Positions 28,541 through 37,992 of a stretch of DNA of 64,000 nt are shown here, one piece after another. Source of the stretch: an uncultured Schleiferiaceae bacterium (GTDB lineage: Bacteria; Bacteroidota; Bacteroidia; Flavobacteriales; Schleiferiaceae); NCBI GenBank assembly GCA_965656315.1, contig CBFHKC010000006.1, positions 23,481-87,480 of the forward strand, given 5' to 3'. Made by a program: the position numbers and the translations under genes. Position 1 is the first letter of the stretch, and every line of letters starts with the position of its first letter. The notes beneath the pieces were generated by a model that was given only the letters and a program-made list of their open reading frames with translations, was not told where the DNA came from and ran no database searches.

Positions 28541-29695
28541 TTATTTGCTTTTGACCAATATACTATTCTTTGCCCACTCCGCGCGTTTGCGGGCTTCATC
28601 TCTATCTTTTGCAACGACGGTCACATGTCCCATTTTGCGGAACGGACGCGTTTGCGCCTTCCCATAAATGTGAATGTTTACGCCAGGTTCGCTGAGTAGC
28701 TCATCGTATCCTTCGTACACGACATCACCTGTAAAGCCTTCCGCTCCCACCAGATTCGCCATCACTCCAGCTGCTTTGAGCTCAGTAGACCCTAAAGGCA
28801 AGTCGAGGACCGCACGCACATGTTGTTCAAACTGGCTCGTGTAACAGGCCTCGATGGTATGGTGACCGCTGTTGTGCGGACGAGGTGCCACTTCATTTAC
28901 GAGAATCTCACCGTCCTTAGTAACGAACAGCTCCACAGCAAGAAGACCACAGATGTCATAGGCTTCGGCAGTTTTCATAGCGATGTCCTCTGCTTTTTGT
29001 TGCAGCTCTTGTGAGAGCACAGTAGGGCAGAGTACATACTCTACTTGGTTAGCGGTCGGGTGGAATTCTTGATCTGCAACAGGGAAGGTTTTTACCTCAC
29101 CGCTTTCATTGCGAGCTACAATCACGCTGACTTCAATCTCAAAATCTACAAAGGCCTCGAGCATACCCGGCGCATCCGGAATGTTTGCGGTGTCTGCTTC
29201 TTCGCGACACACGACTACTCCGAATCCGTCATAACCTCCTGTTGCTGCTTTCCAAACAAACGGCAATGGCCAATTCGCACGAGCCGCTTCAAAGGCCGCA
29301 CGGTCATTCAACATCTCAAATCTCGAGGTAGGAATCTGGTGATCGGCGTAAAACTGCTTTTGCTTGGTTTTGTCTTGGATAAGCTCTAGGCTGTCCGGGT
29401 TGGGGTGAACTTTTTTTCCTTGTGCACGCAAATCGCGTAACGCTTGGACATTAACCGCCTCAATTTCGATACACACCGTATCACAATCTTTGGCAAATTC
29501 CATGACGGTATCGTAGTCTTGGAGGGAACCTACTTGGAACTCGTGGGCTCCGAATTGGCCAGGAGCATCAGGGCTTGGGTCCAGCACTTTCGTACGAATG
29601 TCAAATTTACGCGTGGTATAGAGCATCATTTTGCCCAGCTGTCCTCCGCCTAAAATACCCAGTGTGTAGCCTGTTGAGAATATATTCTTTGCCAT
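28541..29695 (-). CDS. purK: 5-(carboxyamino)imidazole ribonucleotide synthase
   Basis: It has an ATP-grasp fold with N-terminal LGILGGGQLGKMM and VNEVAPRPHNSGH. It sits directly upstream of purE. Confidence 0.9.
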   Translation of the reverse strand: MAKNIFSTGYTLGILGGGQLGKMMLYTTRKFDIRTKVLDPSPDAPGQFGAHEFQVGSLQDYDTVMEFAKDCDTVCIEIEAVNVQALRDLRAQGKKVHPNPDSLELIQDKTKQKQFYADHQIPTSRFEMLNDRAAFEAARANWPLPFVWKAATGGYDGFGVVVCREEADTANIPDAPGMLEAFVDFEIEVSVIVARNESGEVKTFPVADQEFHPTANQVEYVLCPTVLSQELQQKAEDIAMKTAEAYDICGLLAVELFVTKDGEILVNEVAPRPHNSGHHTIEACYTSQFEQHVRAVLDLPLGSTELKAAGVMANLVGAEGFTGDVVYEGYDELLSEPGVNIHIYGKAQTRPFRKMGHVTVVAKDRDEARKRAEWAKNSILVKSK

Positions 29696-29736
29696 GTATT
29701 TCTGATTTCATCGCAAAGGTAGGTAAACCGACCGTT

Positions 29737-30339
29737 CTAACAGCGTTCGACCTCCGCTAACAGGGGAATGGTGAACTGCTTGCCGCTGCCTTTTTCATGG
29801 ACGAGTGCACGCGTTCTGCGCAGTTCGATGAAAGAGAATGTGCGCTGGCGAAAACGGAAATCTTCACCAGGACTGAGGTCTTTTAAAAGAAGAGGAACCG
29901 TCTCGTGATCCAGCTCAAGAATAGTGCTGTAGAGGTTCAAATCCGCGCCAGTGTGCGACTTCGGTCGTTGTGCGTGATGCAAAATGGCCGAACGATAACG
30001 CTCATCCAAACAGGGATCTGTAGCCAATTCCCGCAGCATCTCCCCAAACTGTGATTTCCAAGCAGCCCCATGAGGCGCGGCCTTACGTCCGAAAGCGTTC
30101 CAAGTTTTCAGGTGGGCGATCTCATGGACAAGTGTCGTCAGAAATTGGTACCGACCTAAATCACTGTTGAGCGTAATGCCGGGTAATGCCCCTGGTCGTG
30201 GGGGTCGAAAATCCCCGAGCTTGGTGCTGCGTGGTGCCTTGATTTTCAGTGAACAAGGCTCACTTTGAAGCCAGCTCTGAAAAAGGGTCAAACGAATTCC
30301 CTCAGGCAAAAATGCACGCAGTGGCTCGAGATCCATCAT
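29737..30339 (-). CDS. SprT-like zinc-metalloprotease domain protein
   Basis: It carries the HExxH motif LVHEIAHL in a SprT-like context. Confidence 0.6.
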   Translation of the reverse strand: MMDLEPLRAFLPEGIRLTLFQSWLQSEPCSLKIKAPRSTKLGDFRPPRPGALPGITLNSDLGRYQFLTTLVHEIAHLKTWNAFGRKAAPHGAAWKSQFGEMLRELATDPCLDERYRSAILHHAQRPKSHTGADLNLYSTILELDHETVPLLLKDLSPGEDFRFRQRTFSFIELRRTRALVHEKGSGKQFTIPLLAEVERC

Positions 30340-30462
30340 TTATGCGCGCTCGACAGTACTTTCAATCGTGCTAAAAGAAGGGCAGTCACAGTCTTTGCGA
30401 GCACCACAACTACTTAGCGCAAGGGCTAAAAGTAGGGTGGAAAATACGGCAATTCTCTTCAT
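30340..30462 (-). CDS. 40-aa putative lipoprotein (small ORF, absent from the ORF track)
   Basis: My hand translation is MKRIAVFSTLLLALALSSCGARKDCDCPSFSTIESTVERA. It has a signal peptide plus a lipobox LSSC. Its TAA is immediately followed by the ATG of the SprT-like gene. Confidence 0.45.
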   Translation of the reverse strand: MKRIAVFSTLLLALALSSCGARKDCDCPSFSTIESTVERA

Positions 30463-30504
30463 CGTAAAGGAGTTTATCCTTCAAAGAAACTGTAAATTAG
30501 CCAC

Positions 30505-31257
30505 ATGATCACGAACTTTTTTGAAGGAATTGGAGCATATGCGATTCTAATGGCGAAAGTCTTTAGAAGTCCTGACCGCTGGCGTTTGTTTTTCAAAGCC
30601 TTGGTGAAAGAGATTCAACTTTTGGGCTTGGACTCCATAGGTATCGTGGTCATCCTGTCCGTCTTTATGGGGGCCGTGGTTACGATTCAGACGGCATTTC
30701 AGTTGAGCGATGATCCGCTCATTCCTACCTACTACATCGCAATGGCGACCCGTGAGTCGATCACTCTAGAATTTAGTCCGACGGTAGTTAGTTTGATTCT
30801 CGCTGGTAAGGTGGGGTCAAATATTGCATCATCTTTAGGGACGATGCGTGTGAGCGAGCAGATTGATGCCTTAGAAGTGATGGGGGTAAACAGTGCAAGT
30901 TTTCTAATCTTGCCAAAGGTGATCGCCCTGTTAGTGTTTAATCCAATCCTCATCATCATGTCGCTTTTCCTTGGTCTTTGGGGAGGAGCTATGGCAGGTG
31001 ATTTACTCAATCTAGTACCCTTTGAAGAAAGTGTCATGGGGTATCGATTAGAATTTATTGTTTTTGAAAATGCAGTCTACGGGCTCATCAAAGCCACCGT
31101 TTTTGCCTTCATCATAGGCACGGTCAGTGCGTACAGCGGGTATTCCGTAAAAGGCGGAGCAGTCGAAGTAGGTGTAGCGAGTACGAATGCAGTAGTACGT
31201 TCTTGTCTAGCCATCATTTTAGCCAATTTCTTGCTCACAGATATCATCCTTACTTAA
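30505..31257 (+). CDS. MlaE-family ABC transporter permease
   Basis: It is 250 aa and polytopic. The MlaE-like conserved stretch is REL/SITLEFSPTVVSLILAGKVGS..GTMRVSEQIDALEVMG. Confidence 0.8.
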   Translation: MITNFFEGIGAYAILMAKVFRSPDRWRLFFKALVKEIQLLGLDSIGIVVILSVFMGAVVTIQTAFQLSDDPLIPTYYIAMATRESITLEFSPTVVSLILAGKVGSNIASSLGTMRVSEQIDALEVMGVNSASFLILPKVIALLVFNPILIIMSLFLGLWGGAMAGDLLNLVPFEESVMGYRLEFIVFENAVYGLIKATVFAFIIGTVSAYSGYSVKGGAVEVGVASTNAVVRSCLAIILANFLLTDIILT

Positions 31258-31260
31258 TTC

Positions 31261-32019
31261 ATGATTCGCGCAGAGAACATACACAAGAGCTTTGGTGATA
31301 ACCATGTACTGAAAGGGGTCGATGTCGATTTCTACAAGGGCAAGGCCAATCTTATCATTGGACGTTCAGGATCTGGTAAAACCGTATTCTTGAAGACGAT
31401 TCTAGGTTTATTTAACCCTGAACAGGGTGACATCTATTACAGCGATGAGCGCCTAGGAGAGATGAGTAAGGACCGTAGAAAGCTGCTTCATCAAGAGATA
31501 GGCATGGTCTTTCAAGGTGGCGCGTTGTTCGACAGCATGACGGTTGCTGAAAATATCCGATTCCCTTTGGAAATGTTCTCCAACATGACTGAAAAGGAAA
31601 AAGATGAGCGTGTGAAATTTGTCATGGACCGCGTGCGATTAGAAGGTGCCGATACGAAATTTCCTAGTGAGATATCTGGAGGTATGCAAAAGCGGGTCTC
31701 TATTGCTCGTGCGATTTCGATGAGTCCGAAGTATTTATTTTGTGACGAACCGAATTCTGGACTTGATCCAGAGACGGCTATTGTGATTGACCAATTGATT
31801 CAAGAAATCACCCACGAATTTGACATGACTACCATCGTCAATACCCACGATATGAACTCTGTTTTAGAGATTGGCGACCACGTAATCTTTATGAAAGAAG
31901 GACATAAAGTGTGGGAAGGAACGAACGATGAGGTACTCAGTAGTACCAACGCTGATGTCGAAGATTACGTCTTCAAAAGCAAGCTCTTCAAGCAAGTTCG
32001 CAAAGCGTTGCGCAAGTAG
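31261..32019 (+). CDS. MlaF-like ABC transporter ATP-binding protein
   Basis: It carries Walker A GRSGSGKT, the signature ISGGMQKRVSIARA and Walker B LFCDEPNSGLD. It starts 3 nt after the permease. Confidence 0.85.
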   Translation: MIRAENIHKSFGDNHVLKGVDVDFYKGKANLIIGRSGSGKTVFLKTILGLFNPEQGDIYYSDERLGEMSKDRRKLLHQEIGMVFQGGALFDSMTVAENIRFPLEMFSNMTEKEKDERVKFVMDRVRLEGADTKFPSEISGGMQKRVSIARAISMSPKYLFCDEPNSGLDPETAIVIDQLIQEITHEFDMTTIVNTHDMNSVLEIGDHVIFMKEGHKVWEGTNDEVLSSTNADVEDYVFKSKLFKQVRKALRK

Positions 32020-32074
32020 TCGCGAGCAAATTTACCTAATGTACACTTCCAAATAGTTATCTCGATTCAGAGTA

Positions 32075-32110
32075 TAAAAAAAGCCCAGACACTCTCGTAT
32101 CCGGGCTTTT
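32075..32110. terminator. bidirectional hairpin terminator between convergent genes
   Basis: An A7 run is followed by the stem GCCCAG/CCGGGC with one mismatch and then TTTT. It lies between the stops at 32019 (+) and 32139 (-). Confidence 0.5.
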
Positions 32111-32138
32111 AAAGGTTTTTGAGTTAAGCGTGAGAGAA

Positions 32139-33407
32139 TTACTTGATAGTAATGCGCTCTACAGTGTTTACACCTTCGCCTTCAACAGAAAGAATGTACA
32201 TTCCTTTTGCGTTGTTGCTGAGGTCGATCACTTTGCGCTCACCTGCTACGAAGCTTTCGTTAGCAGCATATACTACTTGACCCAAAACATCAACAACAGT
32301 TACAGTTGCGTCAGTAGTAGCATCAAGCTCAACGTTTACTACACCGTTAGATGGATTTGGGAAAACAGCCACTGAAGTAAGATCAGCTTCGTTAACACCG
32401 ATCGTAGAGTTACCTGAAGCAGTTACCCAGATCAGGTGAGAGAAGCTCATGTTGATGCTTGTTTGGTCGTTTCTCCAATCAGAAGGAGATTGCCATGCAG
32501 CGTAACGAGTTTCGCTAAACAAGAAGTTAGAACAGTTCGTAGAAGTACTGTCGTAATCCTGGATGAAGTATCCTTGTGGAGCAGACGTGTTACCTTCTCT
32601 GTAGTAGTAGAATGCGAAAGAGTTGATATCACCCGTCATGGTTGAGTAGTCAATCGTATCTGACGTAGTCAAACCACCTGGAATAAACTCGATGAATACA
32701 CCCATAAGCTCGTCACCCATCATGCTCAAACCACCTGGGATTTCAACACTTACCATTGCGACACCTGAATCCGCTACAGTTAGATCGTACTCGATCACTG
32801 TTGCGTTTGCAGAAGTAGGTCCACCTTGGTCACCGTTTAATGCGCTACCTGCGTAGTCCATAGTCTTCGCTGTAGGCTGCACTGTTGGGTCTAATGCTGC
32901 GAAAGTTGCTGCATTGTACTGAACACCAGAGAATGGTGCTGCAAAACCGTTAGCGCCTTTGAATACAGTGAAACGAAGTTTATCTGAATTGTTGCCATTC
33001 AAGATATCGTAACCACCGATCACGTGAAGTGAATCTACAGTGATTGCATCTGTTTCGTTGAATTCATTCGCACCCCAACCGTAGTAGTTGAAGTCGTATA
33101 AAGCACCTACTGCATGGTTGTAAGAGTACCCTGGAGTACCGTCACTGTAGATAAATACAGTAGTAGAATCAGGAGTCGTTCCTACTGCACCTAATACTAG
33201 ATCAGAGTTGTAGAACTGGTACAAGAAGTCAGTGTAATCGAACTGGCCTGCTACTGCACCGCCTTTTTTAGAGATGATGTCCTCTACTTTTTCTTTAGCT
33301 GCAGCGTTAGGAGTGATTTCGTTTTGCAAAAGTTTAGAGGTAGCTGCCTCTTGACCGATTGCGTTGAAACCTAGTGCTACTGCCGCAAGGAGTAAAACTT
33401 TTTTCAT
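32139..33407 (-). CDS. secreted protein with a T9SS type-A C-terminal sorting domain
   Basis: It has the signal peptide MKKVLLLAAVALGFNAIGQ. The C-terminus VFPNPSNGVVNVELD..VTVVDVLGQVV..GMYILSVEGEGVNTVERITIK matches the Por_Secre_tail pattern. I do not recognise the passenger domain. Confidence 0.85.
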   Translation of the reverse strand: MKKVLLLAAVALGFNAIGQEAATSKLLQNEITPNAAAKEKVEDIISKKGGAVAGQFDYTDFLYQFYNSDLVLGAVGTTPDSTTVFIYSDGTPGYSYNHAVGALYDFNYYGWGANEFNETDAITVDSLHVIGGYDILNGNNSDKLRFTVFKGANGFAAPFSGVQYNAATFAALDPTVQPTAKTMDYAGSALNGDQGGPTSANATVIEYDLTVADSGVAMVSVEIPGGLSMMGDELMGVFIEFIPGGLTTSDTIDYSTMTGDINSFAFYYYREGNTSAPQGYFIQDYDSTSTNCSNFLFSETRYAAWQSPSDWRNDQTSINMSFSHLIWVTASGNSTIGVNEADLTSVAVFPNPSNGVVNVELDATTDATVTVVDVLGQVVYAANESFVAGERKVIDLSNNAKGMYILSVEGEGVNTVERITIK

Positions 33408-33418
33408 AGAATCTTTAA

Positions 33419-33454
33419 GTTAGTTTAATGCCTTCCAAGATACATTAAACTAAC
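33419..33454. repeat. perfect 12-bp inverted repeat with a 12-nt spacer between the methyltransferase stop and the T9SS-cargo start
   Basis: GTTAGTTTAATG (33419-33430) and CATTAAACTAAC (33443-33454) are exact reverse complements. The spacer is CCTTCCAAGATA. Confidence 0.9.
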
Positions 33455-33459
33455 ATAAA

Positions 33460-34101
33460 TTAAAGCTTTCGAACCATCATAATTCCATCGCGAACGCTCA
33501 AAATCACCTGTTCCACTCTTGGGTCGTTTGCAACGTGACGGTTTAGGGCTACAATCGCTTGGGTATCCTTATCATTAGAGGCAACTTCTTCTGCGACTTT
33601 TCCAGACCACAAGATATTGTCAATCAGCATAATTGCTCCAGTAGGCATGTGCGGGATGAGCTGCTCATAATAGGTCATGAGACCCTTTTTATCCGCATCG
33701 AGAAAAATCAAGTCCCAAGGTCTGTGCAAGGTTTCTAAAACGTCTTTTGCAGGCCCTATGTGCAGCTGCATTTGGTCAAAGAAAGGACTCTTTGACCAAT
33801 ACTTCTTAATGATAGTTTCCAGTTCCTCGTTGATTTCCACGGCGTGGAACTCACCCTCTTGTTGCAATCCCTCGACTAAAAAATGCGAGGCGTAGCCCGT
33901 GAAGGTGCCGACTTCGAGGATGTGTTTCGGGCGTTGCATCAGAGAAAACATCTTGAGAATGTGCCCTTGAACGTGGCCACTTAGCATGCGGGGCATGACA
34001 ATCTTTAGCCAAGTTTCTCGTTCTAGCTCGTTTAAATATTCTGGAGCCTCTGAGGTGTGATCGCTGATGTAGCGGTGCAGTTCGTCGCTGAGGTATTCCA
34101 T
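33460..34101 (-). CDS. class I SAM-dependent O-methyltransferase (family 3, caffeoyl-CoA OMT-like)
   Basis: It carries ILEVGTFTGYAS, DLIFLDADKK and IDNILWSGKV motifs. Confidence 0.8.
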   Translation of the reverse strand: MEYLSDELHRYISDHTSEAPEYLNELERETWLKIVMPRMLSGHVQGHILKMFSLMQRPKHILEVGTFTGYASHFLVEGLQQEGEFHAVEINEELETIIKKYWSKSPFFDQMQLHIGPAKDVLETLHRPWDLIFLDADKKGLMTYYEQLIPHMPTGAIMLIDNILWSGKVAEEVASNDKDTQAIVALNRHVANDPRVEQVILSVRDGIMMVRKL

Positions 34102-34107
34102 TCGTTG

Positions 34108-35340
34108 TTAGATTTTCTTGTAGACCAATTCATACGCGCTCTCCACCCTCAAATACTCATTCGCCGCAGCCATCACTTCTTCCGCGCTTATGTTGCGGAT
34201 TTTTTCAGCGACACCGTCAAAGCTGTTGACTTTGCCAAAGTGGAGTAGTGCTCGTGCTGCACCTATTGCAGTATTCAAGCCGTTTTCTTCTGAAAGTGCC
34301 ATCTGGCCGAGGAATTGGTTCTTGGCTTTCGAGAGTTGTAACGTCCCTAATTTTTTCTGCTGGAACTTTTCGACCTCTTTCATGACCAAACTTGCGGCTT
34401 TGCTCGTTTGAGAGGAGTCACAACCTAGGTAGATACCGAGCATCCCGATATCACTGTACAGATTCATGTAACTTTCTATGTTATAAGCGATGCCGTGTTT
34501 TTCTCGGATATTCAGACCTAGTCTGCTGTTCATGGCCGGACCCCCTAAGATATTATTGAGTAACAAAAGTGGTCTTCTGCTTTGGTCGTGTATTCCAGGT
34601 GTACGCCAGCCGATCATGTAGTGATCTTGGAATTGGGCCACAGGGTCTACACGCCTTGTGGGAGTGGATGCTCCTTGAAAAGAATTGGTCCATCCGCTAG
34701 GTGCCAATTCCCAAGCTCCAAAGAACTCCTGACACATGCGCTCCACCCGGTCCGAAGTAAAAGCCCCTGAGATAGCAACCTTCACACGGTCGGCGCTGTA
34801 GGTACGGCCAATAAATTCTAAAATATCCTCTCTACCTAATCCGTCAACGCTCTCTGGTGTACCTAAAATATTGCGGCCCAGAGGATCACCGGCAAATATC
34901 AAGTCCTCAAAATCGTCGAAGATTTGTTCGCTCGGACTGTCTTTATAGCTGAAGATTTCGTCTTTGATGACGTCTTTTTCCTTTTCAAGCTCGCGCTCAG
35001 GAAATACACTATGGATCATCACATCCGCTAACAAATCCATCGCACGGCGCATGTCACCTTTGAGGAAGCTGGCATGAATGATGGTTTCTTCCTTCGTGGT
35101 ATAGGCGTTCAGCTCACCGCCTACGTCGTCTAGGCGTGAAAGAATGTGGTAGGCTTTACGCTTGGAGGTGCCCTTAAAAAGGTTATGTTCGATAAAATGT
35201 GCAAGCCCTTGCTGGTGCTCGAGCTCATCCCTAGATCCCGCACGAATGGCTACGGCGATATGTGCGACGGTACTCTTTTTAGGTACAAAAGCACATTGTA
35301 GGCCATTGGCCAATTCAAAAATTGCGGTCTCTTTCATCAT
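34108..35340 (-). CDS. M16-family (pitrilysin/insulinase) zinc peptidase
   Basis: It carries the inverted zinc motif HxxEH in GLAHFIEHNLFKGT. It is 410 aa, and its start overlaps the upstream stop (ATGA). Confidence 0.85.
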   Translation of the reverse strand: MMKETAIFELANGLQCAFVPKKSTVAHIAVAIRAGSRDELEHQQGLAHFIEHNLFKGTSKRKAYHILSRLDDVGGELNAYTTKEETIIHASFLKGDMRRAMDLLADVMIHSVFPERELEKEKDVIKDEIFSYKDSPSEQIFDDFEDLIFAGDPLGRNILGTPESVDGLGREDILEFIGRTYSADRVKVAISGAFTSDRVERMCQEFFGAWELAPSGWTNSFQGASTPTRRVDPVAQFQDHYMIGWRTPGIHDQSRRPLLLLNNILGGPAMNSRLGLNIREKHGIAYNIESYMNLYSDIGMLGIYLGCDSSQTSKAASLVMKEVEKFQQKKLGTLQLSKAKNQFLGQMALSEENGLNTAIGAARALLHFGKVNSFDGVAEKIRNISAEEVMAAANEYLRVESAYELVYKKI

Positions 35341-35654
35341 TTTTCGTCCAATACCTCTAACAAGGTTCTAAAAGCCAGAGCATGGGTGCCCCAAGCTTTC
35401 GCACTTTTCTCCTTGAGCTCTGGCGCATACATCTGCATGTAAAGTTTGATGCTTTCCAAATCTTTGGCGCGGTACTGAATGCTAAAACTAGGCTGGTCCT
35501 GCTCTTGCTCAGGGAACACTTCGGTAAATATGTAGGAGGTGAACATTCCGGTGTTCATGACTTCAGGAATGTGTTCCTTTTTCATCCAATCTACCCAGCG
35601 ATCGACGATACTTTGGTCGACTACGACCGTGACGTTATAAATGTGTACACTCAT
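35337..35654 (-). CDS. DUF4286-like small protein
   Basis: The start was trimmed to ATG 35654 (MSVHIYNVTVVVDQSIVDRWVDWMKKEHIPEVM), which forms an ATGA overlap with the upstream TPR gene stop. Confidence 0.6.
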   Translation of the reverse strand: MSVHIYNVTVVVDQSIVDRWVDWMKKEHIPEVMNTGMFTSYIFTEVFPEQEQDQPSFSIQYRAKDLESIKLYMQMYAPELKEKSAKAWGTHALAFRTLLEVLDEK

Positions 35655-37435
35655 AACGCGAAGGTACGGTAGAACTGTCTTGCTTGCTCGGTGTAAAGAC
35701 CACTTGGGTAAGAAATCAAATAGTCTTCCAGTGATTTTTTCGCGCTCGGTTGCCCTGCTTTGAATTGGGCAAGGGCAGCATAGTAGGACGCCTCTTCCTT
35801 CCACATGCCTTCTCCAGCAGCGTCTTTGAGTGCGTCGAACGTATTTGCAGCCTCCTCATATTGGGCCAATTTCATCTCGACTTTCCCTTTGCGAAACAGC
35901 ACATCGTCATACAATTCATTCGCAATAAGTACCGACGCCAAACGCGTGTATCCTTCAAGCGCTCCCTTCAAATCTCCCCGTACTTCTGCAAGCATAGGTT
36001 CACGGAGCAGCAGTAATCCTTCATACGCCGTGTCTTCCACAGTGTTCGCAGCAATCAACAAGGCATGTTCCATAGCGTCGTTAGCGATAGATTTACTCGT
36101 CGACTGCAGCAAGACCTCCAGCTGAGTTTTTGCCCAAGGCATGTCACCAGAGAAAAAGGCGCACATGGCACGACTCAGTCTGCTTTGATCGCCTTCCTCA
36201 GAGTCCCCGAGCAGCGTTTCGGCCCGACCGAATTCTAGCATTGCATCCTCGTAATATCCACTTGCGAGCAAACCCATACCAAAAGCATGGTAGGTCATGC
36301 CACGTTCTAGCTTTGAAGGATATCTGATGCGCATCTGTTCGAGCTTTTCTTCAAAGCGGTCGAGAGCAGTGTCACTGGTGTCGGTTTGTGTAGAAAAAAG
36401 AAATTGGTCCCTGGTGAGCTCCCAGTAAAAACAAGGGTAGCAGCTGTTGCTCCCGAATTTTCCAGCGAACTTCACGGCATCTTCCTGCGAACGATTCGTT
36501 TGCTTGATTTCCAGCATCAGGCGCAATGCGTTTTCCAGCCATCCCATGTAGGGAGCTTTGCGACGTTCAGTGATCAAATAGTTCATGATCTCCTCGGCCA
36601 TGTCGCCTTTTCCAGCTTCATGTGCACTGCGACCTAGGGCGAGAAGTTCGTTAGGCCTAAAGTCTCCACGCTTTGCCTTGCCTTGTAGAAAGTCAAACGC
36701 CATGCTGAAGCTCTGTTCTTGGCGGTAGACATACAGCAGTAAGTTTTCAAACACTGGGTTACTAGTTGTCGATAGCTTTTCGAGTAGCGCTTTTTTTACG
36801 GCAGTGTTGTGCACGTCTGTGGGGTCCGTGCTAATGTTTTGTGAAATGCGCTGACGAACGGCATTTTGATAACTTCTATTCTGTTCAATCGCCAGCAGAT
36901 ATGCCTCGTATTGCTCATCGTACCTTCCCAGTTGTGCATAAAGTTGGGCACGTTCGAAGGCCAATTTTAGATTGGGACGCAGCCCTTCAGCATGTTCATA
37001 CAGGTCCACCGCAAAAGACAGCTCGCCATACCTCTCGAGCGTCATGGCAACACCACGAACGCTAAACGGATTTTCGGTGATGCGTGCCTTGATATCCTCT
37101 TTGCTGGGCCCTTTTCGATGTAGTAAGGTGCTCAGGTAATAGAAGTCCACGTCGTATTGCGGACGTTGCTGGCCCCATTTTTTACTTTGCTTTTTACTAA
37201 GGCGCCATGCGCCCGTAGAGTCCCCCGTGACGAGTAGAACATCGACGTATTTTTCGTAGGCTTTGCCCGTATTGTTCTTCTCGTAAAGGAGCTTGAAACA
37301 CGCTAAGGCTTCTGATGTGTTCCCCGCTGCAAACAAAGAATCACAGGTCGCTAGGGGACGAATGCCTTTTTTACTCTGCGCAAACAGAGCGATAGGCAAT
37401 AAGGCAATAAGGAGGTATTTATTCAGTCGGTACAT
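35651..37435 (-). CDS. secreted TPR-like repeat protein, function unknown
   Basis: It has the signal peptide MYRLNKYLLIALLPIALFAQ. The body is helical-repeat-like and rich in A/L/Y/E. I recognise no catalytic motif. Confidence 0.55.
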   Translation of the reverse strand: MYRLNKYLLIALLPIALFAQSKKGIRPLATCDSLFAAGNTSEALACFKLLYEKNNTGKAYEKYVDVLLVTGDSTGAWRLSKKQSKKWGQQRPQYDVDFYYLSTLLHRKGPSKEDIKARITENPFSVRGVAMTLERYGELSFAVDLYEHAEGLRPNLKLAFERAQLYAQLGRYDEQYEAYLLAIEQNRSYQNAVRQRISQNISTDPTDVHNTAVKKALLEKLSTTSNPVFENLLLYVYRQEQSFSMAFDFLQGKAKRGDFRPNELLALGRSAHEAGKGDMAEEIMNYLITERRKAPYMGWLENALRLMLEIKQTNRSQEDAVKFAGKFGSNSCYPCFYWELTRDQFLFSTQTDTSDTALDRFEEKLEQMRIRYPSKLERGMTYHAFGMGLLASGYYEDAMLEFGRAETLLGDSEEGDQSRLSRAMCAFFSGDMPWAKTQLEVLLQSTSKSIANDAMEHALLIAANTVEDTAYEGLLLLREPMLAEVRGDLKGALEGYTRLASVLIANELYDDVLFRKGKVEMKLAQYEEAANTFDALKDAAGEGMWKEEASYYAALAQFKAGQPSAKKSLEDYLISYPSGLYTEQARQFYRTFAL

Positions 37436-37988
37436 TCGTCGCTAAAATATAATTCTTTAGCGAGTCGAGGGTGGCAACGAGCTCGTCATGAGTGCGTAGA
37501 CACGTGAAACAAGCGCCGTAGCTCTTGTTGATTCTCTTGTTGGCGTCGCGCAAGACAAATGCCTCGTCGTTGAAGTAAGCTACGGCTTGTGCGCTGTCGA
37601 GGGCACCGTTGCTTACATCTTTACGCAATGTTTTGAGCTGTGCTGTATTGTACGTAATATTTAAATCCTTGGTGAACGAACCTACTACTCGGCCATAGTA
37701 TTTGGTACATGTTTCCATGTCATAGAGGGGGCCGGTGAACATAGATTTCGGAACGTTGAGTTGAATCATATCATCGGTATGATCGATGAAAAAGACTTGG
37801 TAGCCGCCCATCTCTTTATACGCTTCTTCCACGCGTTGCTGTTCGATGCTTTCTACCACCTCCAAGTGGCTTTCGCTCAAGGCAACCATGGAATCCAAGC
37901 GCTGAGTCATTTCTACTTGCCAAGGCTCAGTGCGATTGCAGGAGAATAAAGTGAGCGCTAGGGCTGCAAAGAGAAGTGGGGATTTCAT
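37419..37988 (-). CDS. hypothetical lipoprotein
   Basis: The start was trimmed to ATG 37988 (MKSPLLFAALALTLFSC lipobox), 4 nt after the serS stop. Its 3' end overlaps the next gene by 17 nt. Confidence 0.5.
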   Translation of the reverse strand: MKSPLLFAALALTLFSCNRTEPWQVEMTQRLDSMVALSESHLEVVESIEQQRVEEAYKEMGGYQVFFIDHTDDMIQLNVPKSMFTGPLYDMETCTKYYGRVVGSFTKDLNITYNTAQLKTLRKDVSNGALDSAQAVAYFNDEAFVLRDANKRINKSYGACFTCLRTHDELVATLDSLKNYILATNVPTE

Positions 37989-37992
37989 GTCC

